From Candidatus Saccharimonadota bacterium (GTDB taxonomy: Bacteria; Patescibacteriota; Saccharimonadia; Saccharimonadales; UBA4665), in contig CP025011.1 of the NCBI GenBank assembly GCA_002952755.1, positions 1 through 32,000 on the forward strand: DNA of 32,000 nucleotides, in the 5' to 3' direction. Shown here in pieces: positions 6,803 to 15,589 of this stretch. Positions within the stretch are counted from its first letter, which is position 1, and every line of letters starts with the position of its first letter. The position numbers and the translations under genes are program-made. Below the pieces are notes generated by a model. It saw only the letters and a list, made by a program, of their open reading frames with translations. It was not told the DNA's origin and ran no database searches.

Positions 6803-8128
6803 ATGCACCCCACCCGGCGAATACCATATTATGGCGCACTCGCGCTGCTTATATATATGCCGTTTCATGTGTTCTTAAGTCAGTCGCTGAGCCTGGTCAC
6901 GGGTGGACTAGATGAGTGGAAGGTAGCGAAAGACATCTTAGCAGCTGTATTAGCACTGTTCACTTTTTGTATAGTTATACAGCAAAAGCGTAGCACCAGG
7001 TTGAGTAATACCCTGCTGGGACTGGGCGTAGTCTATGGAATACTACATATAGCGCTCTGGATAGCGCATCCTCACATCTATCGCCCAAGCGCCTTGCTGG
7101 GCACGTTGTATAACAATCGTCTCTGGCTATACGGCTTTATTGGCTTAGGAGCGGCGCTTCTTACGAGACAAAAACAGTTCAACCAGACCGCACTTATGAA
7201 AGTGGTGCTTGGGGTAAGCACAATCGTTGCCGCACTGGGCGTCGCACAATATTTTTTGCCACATACGCTCTTGACGCACTTCGGATATGGACCAAAACGC
7301 GGCACGGTTGCGGCTTTTTATATTGATAACCGGCCCAATTTTCCGCGCATCATGTCTAGTTTACGAGACCCCAACTCGCTCGGGGCCTACCTCATCTTAC
7401 CGCTTACTTTACTTACGTCTCTTATGTTTCGTGCCGTTAATGACAAACAGCGAGCGCTGCTTATGATGCTGGCAGGACTGCACCTTATAGCGATCTTTCT
7501 GACCTTTTCGCGTAGCGCATGGGTAGGTGCTGCACTTTCGGTTGGATTGCTGCTGCTTTGGCAGTACTCATCGAAGATTATGGGGCTCCTGCGGCGGTGG
7601 TGGCCGGTGGCCGCTAGCGTATTGCTGATCGGCATGGTGGCAACTTACACCGCTCGTAACACCTATGTCTTTAAGAGTGTCGTGAGCCATCACACGGGTG
7701 CGCCGCAAGGTGTTGCCTATGATTCTAACGGTTTCCACTGGGTGTTCGCCAAGCGTGGTCTTGAAGGCATAGTTCGTAATCCGTTTGGTCACGGGCCAGG
7801 GACGGCCGGGCTCGCTTCGATTCAAAACCCAGCAGGCAGTTTTTTGACAGAAAACTACTATATTCAGATTGGGTATGAAGTGGGGGTGCTCGGCCTCCTC
7901 CTCTTTTTGGCTATCAATGTGGTGTTGTACCGACAGCTGTGGCGACGGCGAGATTCCCCTCTATCGGCCATGCTTCTCTGTAGCTCCTGGGCCTATGTCC
8001 TGGTGAACATGCTGCTCCATATGTGGAGTAATGAAGCGGTCGCAGCCCAGTGGTGGCTGTTGGCCGGATTCGTTGCTGGCCTGCCGACAAGCGCTGTCGG
8101 ATCTAAGAAGTTGATGCATAGATCATAA
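6803..8128 (+). CDS. O-antigen ligase / polymerase-like membrane protein (Wzy_C-type)
   Basis: 441 aa with about 10-12 TM segments. The signature ...FLTFSRSAWVGAALSVGLLLLW and a central extracytoplasmic loop are typical of the WaaL/Wzy_C family. Confidence 0.7.
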   Translation: MHPTRRIPYYGALALLIYMPFHVFLSQSLSLVTGGLDEWKVAKDILAAVLALFTFCIVIQQKRSTRLSNTLLGLGVVYGILHIALWIAHPHIYRPSALLGTLYNNRLWLYGFIGLGAALLTRQKQFNQTALMKVVLGVSTIVAALGVAQYFLPHTLLTHFGYGPKRGTVAAFYIDNRPNFPRIMSSLRDPNSLGAYLILPLTLLTSLMFRAVNDKQRALLMMLAGLHLIAIFLTFSRSAWVGAALSVGLLLLWQYSSKIMGLLRRWWPVAASVLLIGMVATYTARNTYVFKSVVSHHTGAPQGVAYDSNGFHWVFAKRGLEGIVRNPFGHGPGTAGLASIQNPAGSFLTENYYIQIGYEVGVLGLLLFLAINVVLYRQLWRRRDSPLSAMLLCSSWAYVLVNMLLHMWSNEAVAAQWWLLAGFVAGLPTSAVGSKKLMHRS

Positions 8129-8144
8129 GGTATAATATAAAACT

Positions 8145-8969
8145 ATGACCGCCAGTCTTAAGACATTTACTCAGCGCTACCGATACGCTGTCATTTTGCT
8201 TCGCCAGATGGTCGTGTCCGATTTCAAACTGCGCTATCAGGGGTCAGTTTTGGGGTATGTGTGGTCGCTGCTCCGTCCGCTATTCCTGTTTGTCATCATG
8301 TATGTGGTGTTCGTCCGATTTTTGCATATCGGAGACGACATACCCCACTACCCCGTGTATCTGCTTACCGGCATTGTGTTCTGGAATTTTTTTGCTGAGA
8401 TCACCAACAATGGCGTCTCGGCAATCGTCAGTCGCGGCGACTTGATCCGCAAACTCAATTTTCCGAAGTTTGTAATTATTCTATCGGCAGCCTGCGCGGC
8501 CCTTATTAATCTCGTGCTGAATTTGATTGTTATCGGCATTTTTATGTATACCAATCATGTACAGATTGGCTGGGGAGCACTATGGTCGCCGCTGTTTATA
8601 CTAGAGATTCTCGCCTTTGCGTTATCGCTTGCCTTTATTTTGAGTGCACTTTTTGTTCGCCTAAGGGATGTCAATTACATTTGGGAGGTGCTAATGCAGG
8701 CGCTCTTTTACGCTACGCCTATCATCTACCCCCTAAGTAAGGTGAGCAAGGATTGGCCTGCAGTCGCTAAAATACTACTGCTGAACCCCGTTGCTCAAGC
8801 CATTCAGGATATCCGCTATAACACGATTACACAGAAAACGGAGACGATTAGCTCCTTGAGCCACCACCTATGGTTTATATGTATACCTTTCGCTATCGTC
8901 GCTGTCATTGGCTGCGTGGCAATCGTTTTCTTTAAAAAACGTTCGCCTAGTTTCGCTGAAGAAGTATAA
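8145..8969 (+). CDS. wzm: ABC-2 type polysaccharide/teichoic-acid exporter permease
   Basis: 274 aa. The N-terminal motif FKLRYQGSVLGYVWSLLRPL and six TM segments are typical of Wzm/TagG. Confidence 0.8.
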   Translation: MTASLKTFTQRYRYAVILLRQMVVSDFKLRYQGSVLGYVWSLLRPLFLFVIMYVVFVRFLHIGDDIPHYPVYLLTGIVFWNFFAEITNNGVSAIVSRGDLIRKLNFPKFVIILSAACAALINLVLNLIVIGIFMYTNHVQIGWGALWSPLFILEILAFALSLAFILSALFVRLRDVNYIWEVLMQALFYATPIIYPLSKVSKDWPAVAKILLLNPVAQAIQDIRYNTITQKTETISSLSHHLWFICIPFAIVAVIGCVAIVFFKKRSPSFAEEV

Positions 8970-8972
8970 CCG

Positions 8973-9082
8973 GCCGGGCGAGACCATACTCCCACTTGCA
9001 GAGTCAAGCGTAGTACAACCAGACCGACTTCCAGTCGGCCTGCGTGAAACGCTCTGCAAGTGGGAGTATGGTCTCGCCCGGC
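8973..9082 (+). repeat. Nested hairpin repeat family B, copy B1: 31-bp perfect arms around a 48-nt conserved core
   Basis: 8973-9003 is the exact reverse complement of 9052-9082. Core 9004-9051: TCAAGCGTAGTACAACCAGACCGACTTCCAGTCGGCCTGCGTGAAACG. It fills the gap between the convergent wzm stop (8969) and GT4 stop (9089). Strand is the one on which the core reads TCAAGCG... Confidence 0.9.
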
Positions 9083-9088
9083 TAAAAC

Positions 9089-10243
9089 CTACTTTTCGAC
9101 GGCGCGTAGGATCTTTTTGTACACACTGGCAGCTATTGCTTCTTGAGTGAAGCTGGCCGCGGTCTTTTTGCCCTGTTCACTAAGCTGGTTGCGGCGGGCT
9201 TCGTCAGTAATAAGGTTTTCGATACACTCGGCAATGGCATCAACGTCTTGATAGTTAAAGTAGCTGGCTGCAGTACCGGCGACTTCATGGAATACCGGAA
9301 TATCGCTGGCAGCCACCGGTGTACCGTAACTCATTGCTTCGAGCAGCGGCATGCCAAAACCTTCGTAGCCGCTGGCATTCACGTACAGCACGGCATTTTT
9401 GAACAGCACGGCACGCATTAGCTCATCGACATATCCAAGATATTTAATATCGAAGCCTTGCCTGCGCAGATCGCGGATTTTATTCTCTTCGGCATTGCTT
9501 TTCCAGCCGATCCTTCCAGCTACCACCATAGTATGGGTGTTGCGGATAGTGGCCGGCAGTTTCGTATAAGCTTCTAAGATGCTCGGCAAATTTTTACGTG
9601 GCTCGATAGTGCTGAGGTAGAGGATAAAGGGTTTATGAATGCCTCCGTGGAGTAAAACAGAAGATTCCTCGCGGTCAGTAAACGTGCGAGGTGGCTCGGC
9701 CGGAATAGGTGTTACAAGAATACGATCTGTAGACTGGTGATATATGCCAGCAATCTTTTGCTTGCTAAATTCAGACACTGTAATAATAAAGCTGGAACGG
9801 CGTACAGCTACCGGCACAAACCGTTCCAGGTCACGCTGGTTTTTATCGGCTACATATTCGGGAAGATCTAGGTAGGTAAGATCGTGGATAACCGGGGCGC
9901 TTGGGGTGCGGCGCAAGCTAGGGTAGCTTAAGAAGTTGGGGTACAAGATAAAGTCGGCCGCGGTTTTGCTTAGAATTTCTACCGGGCATTCAATCCCCCA
10001 TCGGCGCAATTGATACAACACTTTACTGGGGATGAAACGAACTGCTTTATAGCGAATATTCGGCGCCTGGGGGAAATGGGTAATCGAACGCTTACCTAAG
10101 AAATTATAGTAAAAGCCAATGAGCTCAACTTGTTCCGGATACTGCGCCGCGAGGCCCATGATCAGGCGTTCGGTGTAATAAGCGACCCCTGTTTTATTGA
10201 CGAGCAATGGGCTGGCATCGAAGACGATACGGAGTGGACGCAT
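9089..10243 (-). CDS. Glycosyltransferase family 4
   Basis: Motif EGFGMPLLEAMSYGTPVAASD. The ATG at 10243 (MRPLRIVFDAS) is preferred; the ORF-track start at 10252 is TTG. Confidence 0.85.
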   Translation of the reverse strand: MRPLRIVFDASPLLVNKTGVAYYTERLIMGLAAQYPEQVELIGFYYNFLGKRSITHFPQAPNIRYKAVRFIPSKVLYQLRRWGIECPVEILSKTAADFILYPNFLSYPSLRRTPSAPVIHDLTYLDLPEYVADKNQRDLERFVPVAVRRSSFIITVSEFSKQKIAGIYHQSTDRILVTPIPAEPPRTFTDREESSVLLHGGIHKPFILYLSTIEPRKNLPSILEAYTKLPATIRNTHTMVVAGRIGWKSNAEENKIRDLRRQGFDIKYLGYVDELMRAVLFKNAVLYVNASGYEGFGMPLLEAMSYGTPVAASDIPVFHEVAGTAASYFNYQDVDAIAECIENLITDEARRNQLSEQGKKTAASFTQEAIAASVYKKILRAVEK

Positions 10244-10274
10244 ATATACCAATAATACCGTATAATGTGATCAA

Positions 10275-11468
10275 ATGGATGACAACGCAATACGAGTCGA
10301 GTCGGTATTCAAGTCGTTTGTATTACCGCATGAACGATCTCAATCGGTCAAGGGTTCTTTTACACGGCTGTTCCGCGGCGTACATAGCGGAGCAGAGAAT
10401 CAACAGGCACTGAGAGACGTGTCCTTCGAGATTAAAAAAGGTGAGTTTTTTGGAATCGCGGGCAGAAATGGCAGCGGCAAAAGTACGCTGCTTAAGATTC
10501 TGGCCGGTATTTATCAGCCAACGAAAGGCCAGGTGACGGTAGAAGGCCGGTTGGTGCCTTTTATTGAACTGGGCGTCGGTTTTAATCCGGAGCTTACGGG
10601 CCGGGAGAATTTGTATTTAAACGGTGCCCTGCTCGGCTTCTCAAAAAAAGAAGTGCTCACTATGTACGATGAGATTGTGGCCTTTGCCGAGCTGGAGCGC
10701 TTTATGGACCAGAAGCTCAAAAATTATTCGTCCGGCATGCAGGTGCGGTTAGCTTTCTCGCTTGCGGTTCGCGCCCAGGCCGACATCTTGCTCATCGATG
10801 AGGTGCTCGCCGTGGGTGATGCCGACTTCCAGCGTAAATGCTTTCACTATTTTCGGGCCCTAAAGAAGCAAAAGACAACGGTCGTTTTTGTGACACACGA
10901 CATGGGTGCACTCCGCGAGTACTGCGACCGGGCAATCCTGATCGATCAAAGCGAGGTGATTGCCAAAGGTGGAGCCGACGACATCGCCCAGCGCTACACG
11001 CAATTATTTATCGAAAAAGAAGTCGCCGAGGATGCTAAAAAGGTGCACGGGGAGCGCTGGGGGGGCGGCCAGGCGCGCATGGATGTGGTCGCTACCAATA
11101 AGCGTAAATACACTGAAGACGACAAAGAGATTATAGTCTCGACGCGGTTTACTGCCCAGAAAGACATGCAAGATCCTATCATTGGCTTCTCTATTAAAGA
11201 TGGTGCCGATAACGTGCTTTTTGGCACCAATACCAAGATTAAAAAAATACGTACCGGTCTGGTGCGTGCCGGTGAAAGCAGGGAACTCCTTTGGACCGTG
11301 CCGAATATTTTGGCCGATGGCCGCCAATATATTAATGCAACGATAGAACATAACGACGCCGTTACGGTCGCCGACTGGTGGACCGATGCGACGTACTTTA
11401 CTGTTCGCAAAACTGAGCAAACCGCATACCACCTCACGCCCTCTATAGAGGTTAAGGTGAAGAAATAG
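10275..11468 (+). CDS. wzt: Polysaccharide ABC exporter ATP-binding protein with a C-terminal extension of about 150 aa (Wzt-type putative glycan-binding domain)
   Basis: Walker A GRNGSGKST, signature YSSGMQVRL, Walker B LLIDEVLAVGD. About 150 further residues follow the NBD (ERWGGGQARMDVV...YFTVRK). Confidence 0.88.
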   Translation: MDDNAIRVESVFKSFVLPHERSQSVKGSFTRLFRGVHSGAENQQALRDVSFEIKKGEFFGIAGRNGSGKSTLLKILAGIYQPTKGQVTVEGRLVPFIELGVGFNPELTGRENLYLNGALLGFSKKEVLTMYDEIVAFAELERFMDQKLKNYSSGMQVRLAFSLAVRAQADILLIDEVLAVGDADFQRKCFHYFRALKKQKTTVVFVTHDMGALREYCDRAILIDQSEVIAKGGADDIAQRYTQLFIEKEVAEDAKKVHGERWGGGQARMDVVATNKRKYTEDDKEIIVSTRFTAQKDMQDPIIGFSIKDGADNVLFGTNTKIKKIRTGLVRAGESRELLWTVPNILADGRQYINATIEHNDAVTVADWWTDATYFTVRKTEQTAYHLTPSIEVKVKK

Positions 11469-11479
11469 ACGAAGATAGT

Positions 11480-11956
11480 ATGGCAACAAATGACAAAGAC
11501 GCGCGTATCAAAGAGTTAGAAGTTGCAAATAATGCTTACGTTGCCGAAATCAGCCGGCTAGCCGCAAGACTAGGTGAGCTGAACGGCGAAATGGGGCGCT
11601 TGCAGGGTGAATTATCGCAAAAGCGCGGCGTACGGCATCAGACAAGCGGCTTGTACCGTGCGCTTGATTTGGCAATCACTTCGCGGATTGAACGCAAAGG
11701 CCGCATCCGAAAACCACCACGCAGATCAGGAACAGTTGAGCCTATCTCGCCCCAAGTGCTGACTCTCGATAACGTACAGGAGCTTATGGGCCTGGCCCGC
11801 CGGTATGACTCGGCTGCTTACTTTCGCTATCGGGCCAGCAAGAGTGGTATGCGCCTTAGGTACCGGGTTGTAGGCCGTGTATATAGAACGTCACGTGATG
11901 CGGCCAAAGCCAGTGTGAAAGGTGCCTATCGTCTGGCGCGAAAGGTACAGAAATGA
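11480..11956 (+). CDS. Hypothetical coiled-coil protein with a strongly basic C-terminal region
   Basis: 158 aa. N-terminal heptad-like segment KELEVANNAYVAEISRLAARLGELNGEMGRLQGEL. Arg/Lys/Tyr-rich C-terminus. Its stop overlaps the start of the next gene (ATGA at 11953-11956). No family recognised. Confidence 0.55.
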   Translation: MATNDKDARIKELEVANNAYVAEISRLAARLGELNGEMGRLQGELSQKRGVRHQTSGLYRALDLAITSRIERKGRIRKPPRRSGTVEPISPQVLTLDNVQELMGLARRYDSAAYFRYRASKSGMRLRYRVVGRVYRTSRDAAKASVKGAYRLARKVQK

Positions 11957-14313
11957 GCAAAACAAAACTCGTCGTCGACGGCCAGGTGTTTCAGACCACT
12001 GCACGCGATCGCGGCATGGGGCGGTATGCGGTGTGCCTGCTCCAAGCGCTGATTGCAACAAAAACATACGATGTAACATTCATTGTAAGCTCAGAGCTGC
12101 CATTCCAGGAAGACGATCGGAAACTCTTATCTCGTATTTTCCAGGGGGCAGATTTCCATACACTTGATCTTCATACGACCAAACGACACAAGATTGAAGA
12201 AGCCTGCAAGCATAACGAGGCGGTGCTTGCGAACTACATGGAAACGCACGCCGCCCCAGACAGTATCTTTTTTATTCCGTCCCTCTTTCAGGAGCCGGTG
12301 GCGGCTGTTTTTCCTAAGGGTAGTACGGGCATGAAAGCGTTGCTGTTTCATGACCTTATCCCGTATCTGTACCACAATCGCTATGCACCAGTCATGATGT
12401 GGGAAAATTATCTGAAGCGCTTCCGTTACTTATTCGAAGCCGATCTGATTTTTGCGAATTCTCAAGCGACTGCCGACGATCTCAATATGTATTTAGGCGT
12501 TCCACGCCACAAACTGTGCCGGATTGATGGAGCGGCTATTCATACCGATTCGGCGAGCGAAAGACCAGCCCACATCGATACCTCGCGACCTTTTATTCTT
12601 TTAAACACCAGTGACGATCCGCGTAAAAATAATCTTCGTAGCATCCTGGCTTTTGAGGAATTTAAACGATCTTCCGATAAGGAATATAGCCTGATATTGA
12701 CCTCGCAAATACATAAGCGGGAGCGCGAGCACCTGCAGCGTTTTTCGCACAATTTGCAATTTACCGGCAACATTCCCGAGCGTGAGCTGAATTGGTTGTA
12801 CTCACACTGCGAAGCCGTACTGTTCGTGCCTGAAAACGAAGGCCTGGGGTTACCAGCGCTCGAGGCGGTAGATGCCGGCAAGAAAGTAGTCTGTTCGTCG
12901 ATTGACGTGCTGCGCGAGATTTCCACCGACGCATTTTTTTACTGTAATTACGAAAATAGCTATGCCATTGCGCAAGCGCTGGCCCAGGCCGTTGATCCTG
13001 CGGTAAAAGTGAATAAGGCAGCGTACAAAACGATTTTGAGCCACTATACGTGGCCGAGAACTGCCGAGCGCATGTTGCAGGGCCTCCAAGCTTGGACACC
13101 GCCAAAGCAAATCAAGAAGCCAAAGTTGGCAATTCTGATGCCAACGCCAAATGGCCTCACCGGCGTTGGCCTCACCGGCGCCATTCTACACCCCACACTT
13201 GCTGAACAGTTCGACATCGACTACTACCTAGAATATGGCTTGTCGAACGAGAGCGTCCGACCCAACTATTTGCAGTATGTAGCCCCTTGTTACCCGGCCA
13301 CAAGTTTTAGCGCCAAGCGCTACGCAACATATGACGCAGTTTTTTACCACATAGGGAATGGCGATTATCATCTAGAGAGCATCATGGCGGCTTTGAACTT
13401 GCCAGGCTATCTTATAGTTCATGACACCACGGTAGCTGAGGCCTATAGGGTGCTGCACGAAACGGGCATGATGAGCGAGGAGCGGGCGGCACTAGAAGCA
13501 CGTTTGGATACGCTAATAAAAACAACAAAAAGCAGCGACTATACTTCGCTGGCGAATCGTCAACTGGGTATACTCGTACACTCCGACTACGCCTATGAGG
13601 CGATGAACGAGGTGCTGGATACTGCGGTGTCCGTTTTGAAGGCTAATTTGCCCATAGCTGTCCCGCAAGCAGATAATCTGCACGATACGCAGGACAATAT
13701 AGTGATTGGGCTGGCCGGCGCCATTTCTGATGTGAAAGGCCTGGACGTTATAAAAAACATTGCTGAAGATCCGGAGTTCGATGGCTGTGACATTCGCCTT
13801 TTCGGTATTAGTCATGCCTCGCCCCAACGATTGGCTGAGCTTAGTGCCTATGATAACGTGAGCATTGCCACCAACGTCAGCGATTTTGACTTTCAGACCA
13901 ACGTTTCCAAGCTCGATATTTTTGTGAATTACCGCTTGGCATATAAGGGCGAAACGTCGAATACGACGCTCGAAGCAATGCGCCAAGGAGTCGTCGCCAT
14001 TGTCCGCAAAGTAGGTTGGTATGATGAATTGCCCGATGATGTCGTTGTAAAAGTGAAGGGTCCTGAAGCAGTGATTCCCCTGCTACGCGACCTGGTACAT
14101 GATGCTAAACGGCGCCAGGCTCTGGGTAAGCGTGCGAAAGCGTATGTCTCCCAACACTTCAGTACCGAGCAGTACGCGGTGGCTATGAAGGAGCTCCTAG
14201 CTCAAGATCTTACTAAAAACCCCAACGCTGCTTTGACGGCCACTTTGAAGTCAGGCAGGATAAAGAGTCCGAATGCGCTCCGCTCGTGGCTTCACAAGAA
14301 AGGCTTGGCATAA
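11953..14313 (+). CDS. Two-module glycosyltransferase (tandem GT4-like domains, WbdA-like architecture)
   Basis: 786 aa. The first module has EGLGLPALEAVDAGKKVVCSS. The second module starts near KKPKLAILMPTPNG and carries ...GETSNTTLEAMRQGVVAIV. Confidence 0.8.
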   Translation: MSKTKLVVDGQVFQTTARDRGMGRYAVCLLQALIATKTYDVTFIVSSELPFQEDDRKLLSRIFQGADFHTLDLHTTKRHKIEEACKHNEAVLANYMETHAAPDSIFFIPSLFQEPVAAVFPKGSTGMKALLFHDLIPYLYHNRYAPVMMWENYLKRFRYLFEADLIFANSQATADDLNMYLGVPRHKLCRIDGAAIHTDSASERPAHIDTSRPFILLNTSDDPRKNNLRSILAFEEFKRSSDKEYSLILTSQIHKREREHLQRFSHNLQFTGNIPERELNWLYSHCEAVLFVPENEGLGLPALEAVDAGKKVVCSSIDVLREISTDAFFYCNYENSYAIAQALAQAVDPAVKVNKAAYKTILSHYTWPRTAERMLQGLQAWTPPKQIKKPKLAILMPTPNGLTGVGLTGAILHPTLAEQFDIDYYLEYGLSNESVRPNYLQYVAPCYPATSFSAKRYATYDAVFYHIGNGDYHLESIMAALNLPGYLIVHDTTVAEAYRVLHETGMMSEERAALEARLDTLIKTTKSSDYTSLANRQLGILVHSDYAYEAMNEVLDTAVSVLKANLPIAVPQADNLHDTQDNIVIGLAGAISDVKGLDVIKNIAEDPEFDGCDIRLFGISHASPQRLAELSAYDNVSIATNVSDFDFQTNVSKLDIFVNYRLAYKGETSNTTLEAMRQGVVAIVRKVGWYDELPDDVVVKVKGPEAVIPLLRDLVHDAKRRQALGKRAKAYVSQHFSTEQYAVAMKELLAQDLTKNPNAALTATLKSGRIKSPNALRSWLHKKGLA

Positions 14314-15560
14314 TGAGCGGTATCATCTGGATTGATGTCACTGATTTTTTGAAGTGGCAAGGTAACTTTACTGCTTTTCAGCATATTCAGTACCACATGG
14401 CGCAACTGTATATGGCGAGTGATCACGATGCAGCCTTTTTCGTCTACGACGAACCGTCTCATTCGTTTTCGAAGGTTGATTTTGACCCCGACAAACTTTC
14501 GCATAGTGGTATGCGCATCGAGACTATGGCTGTACCACCAGTTGGTAGACGTTTCTTGCAGAAAGCCAAGCAAGCTACTCCTGCACCTGCAAAACGAGCG
14601 CTTAAGAAGCTTATGAAGGCTCGGCCTCTTGCACAAAGCGACGCGGCGCACGTGAACGGCCATGCGCCGTTTGCACAGGGCGATACTGTCGTTGTGCTGG
14701 GTGGTATCTGGCACGGCAGTTTCGCTACAGATATGGCGATTCAGAAACAACAAAAGGGCTTCCGCTTTGTGCACGTCGTGCATGATATGGTGCCGGTGGT
14801 ATGCCCGCAATGTGTCGTAGAAGATTTGCCGGAAGTATTTGCGGCTTATAAAGAAAAGATTTTCAGCATAGCCGATGGATTACTGATCAATTCCGAGTCG
14901 TCCAAGAAAGATGCGATTGCGTTTATGAAGCAGCGCAAGATAGCGATACCAAAACATACTGTATTTCGACTAGCCGATGAAGTCGCAACAGGTAAAACGC
15001 CTCGCGCTGTGCACGGCCTAAGACCACAGGAGTTCATTCTATCTCTAGGAACTATCGAGGGCCGCAAGAATCATATGCTCTTATACTATGTCTATAAGCA
15101 GGCAGCTCGCCAGGGTATTACACTTCCCAAAATGGTTATTGCCGGTCGGCACGGTTGGCTGGTGGAAGACTTTTTCTATCTGGTATCGCGTGATCCGGAA
15201 ATTAAGGACAAGATTATCGTCTTAGAGGGGGTCGATAACGAAGAGCGCGCATGGTTATACAAGCACTGCCTGCTGACAGTTTGGCCATCATTTTACGAAG
15301 GCTGGGGTATGCCTGTGGCCGAAGGGCTCACCTATGGCAAGGTCTCGCTCTCTACCGACACCTCATCGATGCCGGAAATTGGGGGCAAGCTGGTGGATTA
15401 TTTTTCTCCTTTCGACCCTCAGTCGTGCCTTCAGCTAATTGTAAAATATTTGGACACATCCACCAGGCAGCGGCGCGAACAGGAAATTAAGAGAAATTAC
15501 CGCGTAACTACTTGGGAAGACATGTTCCAGGTAGTTAGCCAGTTTATTGATAGTGTATAG
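14313..15560 (+). CDS. Glycosyltransferase family 4
   Basis: Motif EGWGMPVAEGLTYGKVSLSTD. The start is taken at the ATG at 14313 (MSGIIWIDVTDF...), which overlaps the upstream stop as TAATG. The ORF-track start is 14286. Confidence 0.8.
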   Translation: MSGIIWIDVTDFLKWQGNFTAFQHIQYHMAQLYMASDHDAAFFVYDEPSHSFSKVDFDPDKLSHSGMRIETMAVPPVGRRFLQKAKQATPAPAKRALKKLMKARPLAQSDAAHVNGHAPFAQGDTVVVLGGIWHGSFATDMAIQKQQKGFRFVHVVHDMVPVVCPQCVVEDLPEVFAAYKEKIFSIADGLLINSESSKKDAIAFMKQRKIAIPKHTVFRLADEVATGKTPRAVHGLRPQEFILSLGTIEGRKNHMLLYYVYKQAARQGITLPKMVIAGRHGWLVEDFFYLVSRDPEIKDKIIVLEGVDNEERAWLYKHCLLTVWPSFYEGWGMPVAEGLTYGKVSLSTDTSSMPEIGGKLVDYFSPFDPQSCLQLIVKYLDTSTRQRREQEIKRNYRVTTWEDMFQVVSQFIDSV

Positions 15561-15589
15561 TCGACGGCCAGTCTCAGTATTATATAGGG

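Noticed and set aside
9041-9051. GCGTGAAACG in the B cores resembles half of a parS site (TGTTTCACGTGAAACA).
   Set aside because: Only a half-site is present with no palindromic partner, and B3 has GTGTAACG. The resemblance is most likely coincidental.
8973-9082. Considered whether the family-B cores are CRISPR repeats, since they have a hairpin followed by ...GTGAAAC(G), as many repeat 3' ends do.
   Set aside because: The copies are kilobases apart, in both orientations, not arrayed, and 47-48 nt long. Each is flanked by self-complementary arms rather than unique spacers. No cas genes are in the window.
10994-11489. Long antisense ORFs of 147 and 161 aa inside wzt.
   Set aside because: They are fully contained in the strongly supported ABC ATPase gene and have no motifs of their own. 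Such shadow ORFs are typical in GC-balanced coding sequence.
13513-14810. Antisense ORFs of 157 aa (13513-13986) and 172 aa (14292-14810) inside glycosyltransferase genes.
   Set aside because: They are shadow ORFs opposite well-supported GT4 genes, with no start-site signals or recognisable domains.
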